DNA of 64,000 bases from Paramecium tetraurelia (taxonomy: Eukaryota). Shown here piece by piece: positions 53,191 through 64,000 of the stretch. The stretch is from NCBI GenBank assembly GCA_000165425.1, contig CT868020.1, positions 1 through 64,000 on the forward strand, given 5' to 3'. A program made the translations under genes and the position numbers. How positions within the stretch are numbered: position 1 is the stretch's first letter; each line of letters starts with the position of its first letter. Below the pieces are notes generated by a model. The model had not been told where the DNA came from. It searched no databases and worked only from the letters and a program-made list of their open reading frames with translations.

Positions 53191-54152
53191 TCATTATCCT
53201 AATAGTGGCTTGTAGACTTATCTTGTATTGATGTTAATTCTGTGTTCGGTTAAGTAATTAAAAACATGAAAATCAGTATTTAAATTAGCAACAAGCTTTG
53301 ATTATTGGAAGGGGTTTCTAATTGTATTATGAGAGTGAGTACTATATAGGATGAAATGAATTTTCAAGGACTCTGGGTACTCCATGATAGCATTTCCGAG
53401 CATGGCCACTCATAACTAGTAAATCTCCGGAGTCCAACTTAATTGCAACAGGTTTTTCATCTTTGGTTGGTCCTCCGATGACGAAAACACTTGACAATCC
53501 AAAACTAAAGGAGTAGATAGGAGAATCTTGATCTAGTTCGGCATCATCTAAATGTCCTGTCATGTAATCATGAGATTAATAAAAGTTGATAATGACTGAT
53601 TCACTTTGGTAGTGATTTTGCAATTATAAGAAGTTGTTGGCTCTTTGAGATATCTCTTAGATTGGATCAGGCACTTGTGTTTTTTCTGGAGGGTAGTGTC
53701 TAGATTGAGATGATGAGTTACCTATTGTTCCAATCATATTGATAGCCAACATTTGCCCATCTGATTTTATTATTGAAGTGATATTTCTTGTCATCGTGGA
53801 CTATGAATTTGTCGAAGTTCTCGTCTTCTTTGTAGATGAAGAGATTGGTTCTGTAGGGTTGATTGATGTATTCGTTCATGCACAATTTGGAGATGCTAAT
53901 TTAATCGTCTAGGTTGAGGAAACCCTTGACTAGGATGACTCCTTGGGGGTAATCGAATCGATGGACAGATCCATTCTTATGAATTCCTTGTTGTTCCATT
54001 TATTGTTCATTTAGATTGTTGACATCGATGAGTTCACTAAAATCGGTTTGGAGACCAGCATAGAATTTGTACTTTTTTTCTGTTTCTTTGAAGGGATTTA
54101 AATTTTAGTATTGGATAGGCTTTTATTTGTTTTTTTTAATCTTCTAATACAT
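53191..54152 (-). CDS. ALKBH1: AlkB homolog 1 (2OG-Fe(II) dioxygenase)
   Basis: KIRWANVGYQYDW, INFY, MTGHLDDAE (HxD), CYHGVPRV, RININTRQV; one intron. Confidence 0.9.
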
Positions 54153-54335
54153 AAATTTATTTAATGAAAGAATTCGCATAAAATTAAAATTGATTGTAAT
54201 TAGATGTATATTACTTAAGATTATAAAATAATTTTCTAAAATAAAATTATACAATTTCAAAAAAATGTAATAAATTACATCATCAGATATAATTTAAAAA
54301 ATGAGGGACTTTGTTTTCACATATATTATTTTAAG

Positions 54336-56790
54336 ATGATTAGCCTTTTCATTCTAGGTCTCGTTGATTTGATACTCTGTTAGAATAGATTTTATTACCA
54401 TGACCCGAGTAATGACATTACAAAACCAAGAACTCACGCCAAGATCTCTGATAGCGGTAACTGAATAATTAATAATCTGTAGACACTCATTTCGATTTTT
54501 ACTTTGAGTTTAGCGAAGATAAGAAGGAAGTGATAATGTTCATAGAGATAGATAAAATTAGTTATTTTTCATTGGGACTTGGAAAATCCATGTCAGATGG
54601 AGATTTATGGGTATTTGAAGTTTACGAAAATGTGATAACTGTTAACGATTCTTATTGTGAGAAACATGGAAGACCTCCAACTGATGTTTCCTTAGGAGGG
54701 ACAGACGATTTGTAACTCTTGGGTTACTACTACAATTAGAATGGCAAAACAGGTGTGAAGTTCAAGAGATCAGTTAAAACAGGTATCCACATCAATCTAA
54801 ATATGTTAGGCGACAAATATGACAAAGACTTAGTGGAGGGAGAAGCAGTGGAGTTCATATGGGCTCACGGTAAGACGGAGGCTAATATCACATTGTCCAA
54901 CCATGGGAATGTGAACAGAGGAGCTGTGGTATTGAATTTCACCGATGATGGAGGCAGCAACGATGTCATTATAGTGGATGGAGACAACACCTATTACATT
55001 CACAAATGGACAAACTTTGCCTGTTGGGGCATAGCAAGTGATGTTGCGATAATTGTTGGAAGGTATTACAAGACCTGGGGATATCGAACATATCTCCATG
55101 GGTTCTTGTTCATCTTGATAGTGACGAGTTCCATCACAACAGCCATGATGATGTTGAGTACAGATTGGGCTATTTTGGAATGGAGCAACTTTAAGGAATA
55201 ATCCATTAAAAATCAATTCCATATTATCATTTTTATGATTGTGGCAATATTTATGATTGCATAAAGCATTGGAGGCGTTCTCTATAATTTAATGTTAAGT
55301 TCATTGAAGATTAACCAAAAGGTCTCAGTCAAACCCTCCATTCATGCCATTTTAGGCAATGTCGTATACACACTCGGCAAATTACAAATCATAGCAGGTC
55401 TCTTCATGGACAACGATGTTAGACTCATGTTGATTTTGGGAGCTGTTTTCACCACTCGCCTTATATTGGAAATCCTGTATCAAAAGGGTAGTTTGGTTAG
55501 TGTAGTCATGACTGGAAAAGACTCGCATTCCAATAAAGTGTATGAGGAGGGTTAAAATCGCTTATTGGATATCAACAGTAGTCAGCAAGATGACAGTTTC
55601 GAAAAGAATTCTTCAAAATTATGGTGCATCTATAAGAACCAAGTCGTTGAATTGTCACAGATGATTCATCCAGGTGGCAATTACATTTGGAAACTTATTT
55701 AAGGCCAAGATGTTACTCGATATATTATAGGAGCTTACTCTCTTGATTAACTCAAACTCCAAGCCTACAAACACAGCATCTACACTCTCAAGATATTGGA
55801 ATAATATGTTACAGGTATCTATGTCATTCCAGATCCAGAATTCTTTGTCAATAAAGCTAATAGAAGAGTAGTCAAATAATTAGAGGAAACATGGAAATTG
55901 AATACAGTTAATCCCTATACTGATTAAGTTGCTTACTTCGGATTTGTTAATGAAAAGTATCAATTCAAAAATACTTTATCTGGTCTCCAAACATTTGGCC
56001 AATACTTTGTAATCACATCCTAAGAGGATTCAGCTATTTCTACTAGATAGTACACCATGGTCTTAAGTATGACTTAGCAAAGGATCAAGTATAGAAAGGA
56101 CATATCGGAACTCTTTAAAAAGATTCTCTCTTTGCAAAACATACAGAAGGAAGTTCCAAAAGAGGAAGAATACTTGTCTGAGTTACCTTTAATAATTAAG
56201 AAGTATCAATCAAAAAATGGGTTCTCCTCTTTCATTCATGACGACAATCGCAATGGAGAGTATCTTATTCAAGGACCTTATGGAAATAATCTCACTATTG
56301 AAAATGGCAGTCATTTAGTGTTCATTGCAGGTGGCACTGGATTGTTCCCATTCTTAGACTTACTTGAATATCAACTCAAAATGACCTATCATAACATACT
56401 ATATAAGTAGTTCGGCTAAGATGCTGTGTAATTTATGAACCCAGGAACAATTAAGAATTTCAAAATCACTCTATTTCTAGCTGTCAACTCAGCAGATGAT
56501 TTGGTATTTATCTTATTCATTATTCTTAGATTGGCAAAGACATCTATTTCACTTTGTTATCGTTACAAAACCAATTGGACACACCCAATTTCAAAATGAT
56601 CGTCAAAGGAAACTTTAAATTAAAGGAATGCGAGATCATCCCCCAAAGATTCAATGCCTAGATTTTGAAGTCGTTCCTTGGGGACTTCAATTCTGTATCC
56701 AATTTCTTTATTTGTGGACCACCCACTATGAATACTACAACCGAAAAAATCTTAAGAGATGTGGGAGTTAATAACATAACTGTTCTTTGA
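54336..56790 (+). CDS. DOMON + cytochrome b561 + cytochrome b5 + FAD/NAD(P)H-binding reductase fusion
   Basis: Signal peptide; GLGKSMSDGD..IWAHG..NHG; four His-bearing TM helices; HPGG...HS; RQYT, GPYG, AGGTGLFPF, ICGPP. Confidence 0.9.
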
Positions 56791-56822
56791 TTATTTATAT
56801 ATAGATATAATTATGAATATCA

Positions 56823-58164
56823 TCATTGTTTTATGTACAATTTTTAGTAACAAGAAACACTGAACTTACTGACACACACACACACCATCAAGAAGAATAT
56901 CGACCATTCAATTGGTTTTTCTATATAATTGAACATATATATATACATGCTAACATTATTGAAACAATGGTAGATATCATCCCTCCACAACACTATAAAA
57001 AGTTAAATAGACCAAAATATTGGATATGATCATTCCAATCCTAGGCAATTATGGCCAATAATGTAGACGTAGTGCCACAATCAACCAATCCCCAAAGAAT
57101 GGCTATTAAAAAACACAGGCCGTAATTCTATTCGTAAGTGTTCATTATAGCCAATAACAAGGCTATGGATATTAAATGAAATTGCAATAGTTGGCTTGTA
57201 TATTTAGGCGTATAAGAGTTGAATACACCTACAAATATCTATAAAATAGGAATAATATTATACTCCTCCCAAGACTTCACAACATCCTAAGACTGTCATA
57301 ACGAATAGAGTATATTTGGTGATTTCTTCGTCACTAAGAGATGAAGTGTTAATAGAATTTTCAATGACATAATGCATAACATTCCATTGAAAACTCAAAA
57401 GACACCCAGTGATCATCATCGGGAAAATAAAGCATTATACTCTAAATTCTTTCATAGTCAAAATGACAGAAATTGGATTCAACTTTCTCAATTCCTAAGT
57501 GCTCTTGAATTATTGCTCATCTTCCTGGAGTAAAACAACACTGTGGGTATAACGCTTCGGTTAAGGTACCAAAAGAAAAGATAAAGAACCTAAAGTTGCC
57601 ACAGCGACCATCAAACAGTAAAAATAGAATTGCTTTATTTTAACAATCAAAAAGGCAGAATATAAACTACCTATGACTTAGGATAGTTATAGAACTGCCC
57701 AGGCAATACCATAATACAATCCAGCTTTTTTGGAATACTTACTCAATTATGCGACGTAATCATTTTGTGTAATAAACAGACCAGAGGACGTGAATCCACT
57801 TACGGCTGATGATATAATAGTCACTAAGTAGATCCAGAAATCACTGCAGATTCCATCCTCTTTATCTGCACAACTACAAACCAATAAGCCAGATATCAAA
57901 AATAGCAAATACCCAAGGGAATGAATAAAAAAACTATGATGATATGGCAATTTCCTGATGTATAAAATGCCTAGAATATTAATATTTGTATTTACAGACA
58001 AAATTTCCAATCATTCCAAAAAAGAAGATAGTGAAAATCGAAATATTCCCCAAATAATCGAAGCCTTTCTACTCAAAAATCTGGGTCATTACATTCAGGC
58101 CAGTCGATGTTGCTGATAAATATACCGCAAACACTAAGCTCATATAAATTAAGCTACAGAGCAT
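56823..58164 (-). CDS. UNC-93-like MFS membrane protein
   Basis: About 12 hydrophobic segments; LFITQNDYVA, GLYYGIAWAV, AILWGLVDCG. Confidence 0.8.
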
Positions 58165-58228
58165 ATCAAATTTAATAATAATCACATTTTTATAAATTAT
58201 TTAATTTATCATAACTTACATCATTTGA

Positions 58229-59082
58229 TCATAACAATTCATCAATAGATTAATATTATTCGTCATTCCCTTAAAATAATGATATTAATTCTTTTTCCTT
58301 TGATTTGAAGAGATACTCCAAACGAGTTCTTTTTTCTTGTTGTTGATTCCTCTTCAACACTTTGACAGCTTAACTCAATGAGATCTGTTTGGCCCTTTTT
58401 GCATTTTGCTTTTCCTTAAAACAATATTCTTACATGTCTCATAAGCAACTTAGCATTCGAACTTTCAAAACTCAACTAGTCAACGAATTTCTATTAAATG
58501 TCCGATTCTCTTTATTTACAATCGAATTTAGTTAATCTACCTAAGTATATTTTCCCTGAAATTCTCTGCTTCCTCTCTTTTTTCAATTGATTCGTATCAA
58601 ATGGTGGAGGAGATAAATTAGCATGGGCCAAAATAGGAGGTAATTCCTTCCTTTATCTACTATGATGACTCTACAACATCCTTTTAGGCGATTTCGTTTT
58701 TTCTCTCTTCTCTTCAGGTACAAAGGTTGGATTCGACAAAATCAGTTGCTCTTGAGAACTCTTATTCAAAATCAATTTGGATTGACTCTTATTATACTTT
58801 CTGCATTCAATAGATTGGGATTGGTGTACTAACGACTTCTAATTTTCATTTTATGGTAACTCAATAAATGGTTTACCTTGATTGAATTTAGGAAGTCTAG
58901 AACTTACTTATCTTAATCCAAACACTGAAATAGTAGTGGCATCATATACTTTCCAATTTGTTCGGATTTTAAATGAACAGATATCCTAATTTAATCTTAG
59001 TGTCAGTTCTAGCTGAAATGAATTCTGCTGGTTCCAAAATACTCTCCTATGAAATCATTCTCCTAGTTGTTTAAGAATCCAT
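58229..59082 (-). CDS. Hypothetical protein
   Basis: Code-6 ORF MDSQTTRRMISQESILEP with a 25-nt intron. Confidence 0.65.
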
Positions 59083-60023
59083 TAAAATTAGCTAAAAATT
59101 AAATAAAAATCCAATGTCTTAAAATATACTTCGATATTTGGGTCTTAGAAGAGTTCCAAAGAATAATTAGAATTTAAAAAAACAATCATAACATTTAAGT
59201 CTGAATATTGAATTAATAATTGATTTTCCATATTGCATTCAATATAGATATAACAAATGGAAAAACCAGAAAAAATTAGATTCCATTCGAAATGAACTGG
59301 TTTCTGAATTTATATAGTATTGAAGACTTAAAAATTTCTTAAACATTGATCTTTAATTTATTCAAAAATATTTAAAATGCAGTTTGATCTATCCACTTAA
59401 CTTACCAGTTTAGATTCACTAACATTAAAAAAATCTCTCTTAAATAAAGATTTACTTATTTTTTCGGATAATATATTAATAATTATATTTATTTATAATA
59501 ATATATTAATTTCATGATAGCTTAAACGTCATGCTGATATTTTACAGTACTCTAAACATTAGAATGTTATATTTCAATTATTCTCAATCAAAAATCTCAG
59601 TATCTATAATTATAAGAACATATCACACTTATACAAAATTTAATTTTACCTTGACTAACTCCTCTAATTCAAAATGTAGAGTTTTCTATTAATTTATTCT
59701 TACTCATTTCACATTAGTATGTATTTCCATTGAGTATTATAAATTGCAAATAAAATCGATGATACTAAATTTAGAACTTTCATAAAATTATTTGTCTTTT
59801 TAAAAGTCAACACAGTATTTAATTCTTGTTATTGCAAAGATCATCTGAATTAAAAATTAGTTTTGAGTAATAAAGCTAACATTTTAGACATATTGTTAAT
59901 ATTAAAATAGTTAAGATAATTCTCATGATAATGAAATCATGAAGATATAGATACGACTTTTCTTATAAGTATTTATTAATAAAAGAAATGATTATTTCAT
60001 ATTTTTCAAACCTTGGATATTTA

Positions 60024-60413
60024 TCAATCTTTCTACTATTTATAAGAATGAAGTCTAAAATTTGTCACTTAAGTTCCTTTGTTTTTTAATCTCCCTTTCT
60101 TAGTTGGGGATCTTGAACTGACATTCGAACTCTCCTCTCTAACCTTAGGGATGATTATTATTTTGTTTCCAAATTTTAGTAAATCTCTCATTATTTTAAT
60201 CCCCTCTTCCTAGCTTCTTGGCTTAATCATAATCATTTGGATATTGGATATTTAGACACCCTCCTATGTAGACTCTTTAATCAAATTTAATTGTTGACTG
60301 TTAGCCTAGATGGTTGAGTTTATGCTTTTTATTCCAGTTTCTAAGGTGACTGTCTGCAATTACTAAGTGTCTTCAAATTCTGTATCTTTTTATGACTTAC
60401 AGATGTTACCCAT
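60024..60413 (-). CDS. Small hypothetical protein with MGNIC N-acylation motif
   Basis: 130-codon code-6 ORF MGNICKSQKDTEFED. Confidence 0.55.
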
Positions 60414-61025
60414 GAATTAAAAAATTTAATCTTTTCATTTCATTTACCCAACCTATTAACCAAAATAAATTTTAAGATCCCTCGTTTGAAAATTATTCAA
60501 GTCAAGTCACTTTCCAAAATATAATATTTTTAGGATATTTTTTTAATGATGAAAAACTAAAATTTAGTTACTTAGGAATACATGTTTTGATTAATAGTGC
60601 ATTTATATGGATTTGATAATATTTATCACTACTGATTCTCATGATCAAGGAAATTAAAAAGTAAAAATTTAATATAAGGGGGTTATAATATAAGATAGAC
60701 ATAATTTATATTACTATAAATTTTTAATTGTCTAACTTTTTTTTTATATGAGCACTTATTATTCAAATTAATTAAAATAAATTTTATTTTCTGCTAATCC
60801 TCGATTCAAATTAGGACAAGTCTAAGATATATTCAAAATTTCATTGAAAGCATAAATAATAACTGATTTAAGCATTTACAAGATAAAAATCGATGATTCT
60901 TCATCTTTAAGTCAGAAACTAATTACTTAGAATAAACAGTATGCTAAATGAAAAAAAAATACATTACCTAATAAATTTTGACAAAAAGAAAGTATTAAAT
61001 TTAAGAAGGATTACTATTTTAAAAA

Positions 61026-61818
61026 ATGAGACCATTTTTTTTGTAAACTCTTGAGAGCATAAAGAGTTCTGCTGGATATGATAACGAAGTTGACTTATTT
61101 TGTGAGCTTTAAGTAGTAGATTCAATGGAGAAGTCAAGTTAACCATAACTTAAATATATGATGTAATTCTGTTTGTTTAATTTAAAGGAGTTCACACTCT
61201 TCTCCTGATGAACGTATTCAAAATACATTTGAATAGGAATTTCATGCAAACCCAAGTGAGTAGAAACTAAACGATTCGAATTAGAACTAGATGCAAATTT
61301 AAAATTATAATGATAAAAATGAGAGAGTTTAAACTTTGAACTAAAGTGAACCAAAAAGACCTAAGAGAAATAGAAGGAAATTAAATGTTAATTCACAATT
61401 AATGGATTTCCAGTCCGAGAATAATTCGTCCTCCTAAAATTTGAGTATTATTGCTTGTAGATGCACTAAATCGAATTGCTTGAAATTGTATTGCTTATGC
61501 TTCCATTAAAATCAAAAATGCTCTGATCTTTGCAAATGTTTTGAATGTAAGAATAAGGCAGAGCATTTTGAGATCAGATTTAATGCTCTAGAGAAAGTCA
61601 AATAAAAATTGCATAGATAGAAAAACGATGATGATTTATTTGATAGATCAAAGATTTGGGGCTGCAAATGCCAGAAATCCTAATGTCAGAAGAATTATTG
61701 TGAATGTTTTGTCAGAAATTAGAAATGCTCTTCAAGTTGCAGATGCAAAGATTGTGCAAATAAAAAAAGATTTCCATTCTAGCAAAAAAAGAAATAGAAG
61801 AACCAATCTTAGGTTTGA
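61026..61818 (+). CDS. Tesmin/TSO1/LIN54-type CRC (two CXC) domain protein
   Basis: CRCTKSNCLKLYCLCF...C...CKC..CKN and GCKCQKSQCQKNYCECF...C...CRC..CAN; one intron. Confidence 0.92.
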
Positions 61819-61977
61819 GTATATGATGTGATAGTAATACAATTTTGATTTTTGAATTCCTTATTCATTAAGTATTATTCAATCGTGATTTCTTCCCCAA
61901 TAGAAGTGAAATACAAGAAATATTTATTTTTTGTTATAGATAATTTAAAGCTGTTAAACAATAATTTAAATAATAAT

Positions 61978-64000
61978 ATGAAACCTTATCAGACTCCAAA
62001 TTCTGGGCATTCTCGCCAAGGGAGTTTAAGAGTGTAACGACAACCTTTGGCTGTAATCAGCAATTGTCCTGAATTTTCATAGTGTGCCAATTACCTGCAA
62101 TAGAAAGTTTAGGGATTGGAGTAGCGAGTTAAGAACCTCAATAGTTAGCATGCAGACAGAACAGAAAATAGATCGACAACTACATAAAAAAATGAAGCAT
62201 CCCTATCACCCTTTGTGAGGTAGAAAAAACCAAGTAGTTCGAATTAGAAAGTGGATTCGTAGAGCTACTATGAAGCCATCATTAATAAACGACTGGAAAA
62301 CATCAGTAAAATGGATTAGTCTCCTGTGCATATCAAAACTGATAATACAGTGGCTTAATAAGATAAATATTCCATTCATAGCTAATTATCCAATTTAGGT
62401 CCATGCTCAGGAAAATTGCACTCTAACAGTATTGTTAGAATTTAAAAGTTGACTAAAAAATTGAGAAAGTTTAAAATGATCAAGGACTAAAACCAAGATG
62501 AATGTGCTCCATCTTTGGCAAAAATTAAATGTTTTTGTTAGGAATATTATAATGATTGTTTTGATTTCTATAGATGCACCGACTTGATAGCCTTAAAATA
62601 TTTTATCTATTTGCTCGTATAGGAAATTAACACTCTTTATAGTTAGGACGCTTTTAAGATGGCAGACAATTCAATGTAGTATCAATAGTAAATTGAAATG
62701 CTTAAAGAGTAATTAGATAATTAGAAGAGTGATTAGGTGAGTTTCCAAAACCAATTGAAATTATAAAAGATGGTTGTGGATACTCAAAAATTAATACAAG
62801 ATATTATTAATGTCTTATAAACTAAACACAATTAAAGTACATTGATCAATTAGGTTGAAGTGCTGAATAATTAAATGAAAAATATCAAAGAAAATATGTC
62901 GACCAATTAACTGTAACATCAAAATGCAACTTCATTTGGATAGTAATTAGCAAAATGTGGAATTGATGTCAATTATCAATAGAGAGTAACAAATGATACT
63001 TCAGTAGTGAATTAATCAAATTTTAAAACTCAAACTGTGGATGAAAGAAATCAAACCTAATTTAGTTCAAAATCAAAGTCTCCTTATAATAGGAATCAGA
63101 AGAAAATTAATTTTGAGTTAGAATAATAAGTGGATATGAATAAGAAATTATTTGATGAACAAGTAGTAACAAATAGATAGTTGATGGAGAAACTATTCAA
63201 ATTACAAACTGAAAAGCAATAAATTGATTAGATATTGAAGTAAGTGTAGGACGAATTGAAATAAAGAAACTAAGCTATTATAGAGTTGGAAAATAATCTG
63301 TAAAAGGAGAGTTCAATATTTAATGAGATGAATTAAAATTTAGAGGAGGCTCTTTAATAGAATAAAGAAATATAGAAAGAAAATGTTAAGTACAAAGAGA
63401 GCATTGATCAATATATGTAGATAGAATAGAAGTATTATGATTTATTACAAGAGAACAATAAATAATTTTAATAGTTGAATTAAGTTATAAAAGAAAATGG
63501 GTGTCTATAGAAGGTTCAATAGTAAATAGAGGTATTATTGTAGATTAATATTAGGCTGAATGCAAGGGCTATTAATAACAAATTTTGAAATTGCAAGAGA
63601 AGTGTTAAGCACAATATGCTCAAATGTAAGATCAAAGTGATGCCAAATACCTATAATAGTAAATAAATGAGTTACTGTTACAACAACAAGAACAGAGCAA
63701 AATAATTGTAATCAATTTTATAAATAAATTAGACTTTGATTACTGACGAAGCCCTGTATCTTGGCTAGATGACTCTTTATGCCAGTGATATACTGTAGAG
63801 ACAACAGACAGATGGCATTCCCACCACTCTTGTGATGCTATAGAAAGACTTAAATGGAAAGAGGAGCACAATTCAATAGAAGATGAACATTCTATAGTAA
63901 TTTGGGAACAACATGAAAAATCAGCAATTGATTGCTCACAGTAGTTCTAGTTAATTTAATGATAATGTGGATTTACTGGAAAATCTGCATAGTGAAGCTT
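61978..64000 (+). CDS. Gln-rich coiled-coil protein, runs off the window end
   Basis: MKPYQTPNSGHSRQGSLRV... long code-6 open frame. Confidence 0.75.

Noticed and set aside
60748..60950. Short code-6 ORF upstream of the CRC gene
   Set aside because: About 67 codons with no motif, expected by chance when only TGA is a stop.
1..64000. CRISPR arrays, prokaryotic operons, transposons
   Set aside because: Eukaryotic macronuclear DNA; no spaced direct-repeat array, transposase or reverse transcriptase motifs seen.

Overview
Left end of a ciliate macronuclear chromosome, almost certainly Paramecium. Evidence: mixed CCCCAA/CCCAAA telomere at 1-153, very AT-rich sequence, TAA/TAG read as Gln with TGA the only stop, GT..AG introns of about 20-30 nt and intergenic gaps of tens of bp. 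The supplied standard-code ORF track is therefore fragmentary, and I re-translated genes by eye with code 6, so ends and introns are approximate. There are about 37 genes, including RPN10, RPS11, SNU114, ALKBH1, a PABP, PI4-kinase, SF-assemblin, a trichocyst matrix protein, two GSTs, several kinases and many coiled-coil proteins, plus three probable pseudogenes. Most notable: (1) one polypeptide with a complete DOMON/cyt b561/cyt b5/FAD-NAD(P)H reductase electron chain; (2) an intronless, prokaryote-like chorismate pyruvate-lyase (DUF98/Ycf21-type) gene; (3) a pseudokinase next to a pseudokinase-kinase tandem, all three domains sharing intron positions; (4) two paralogous 2-TM proteins with ENaC/P2X-like topology; (5) single-base frameshifts in RPS11 and SNU114.
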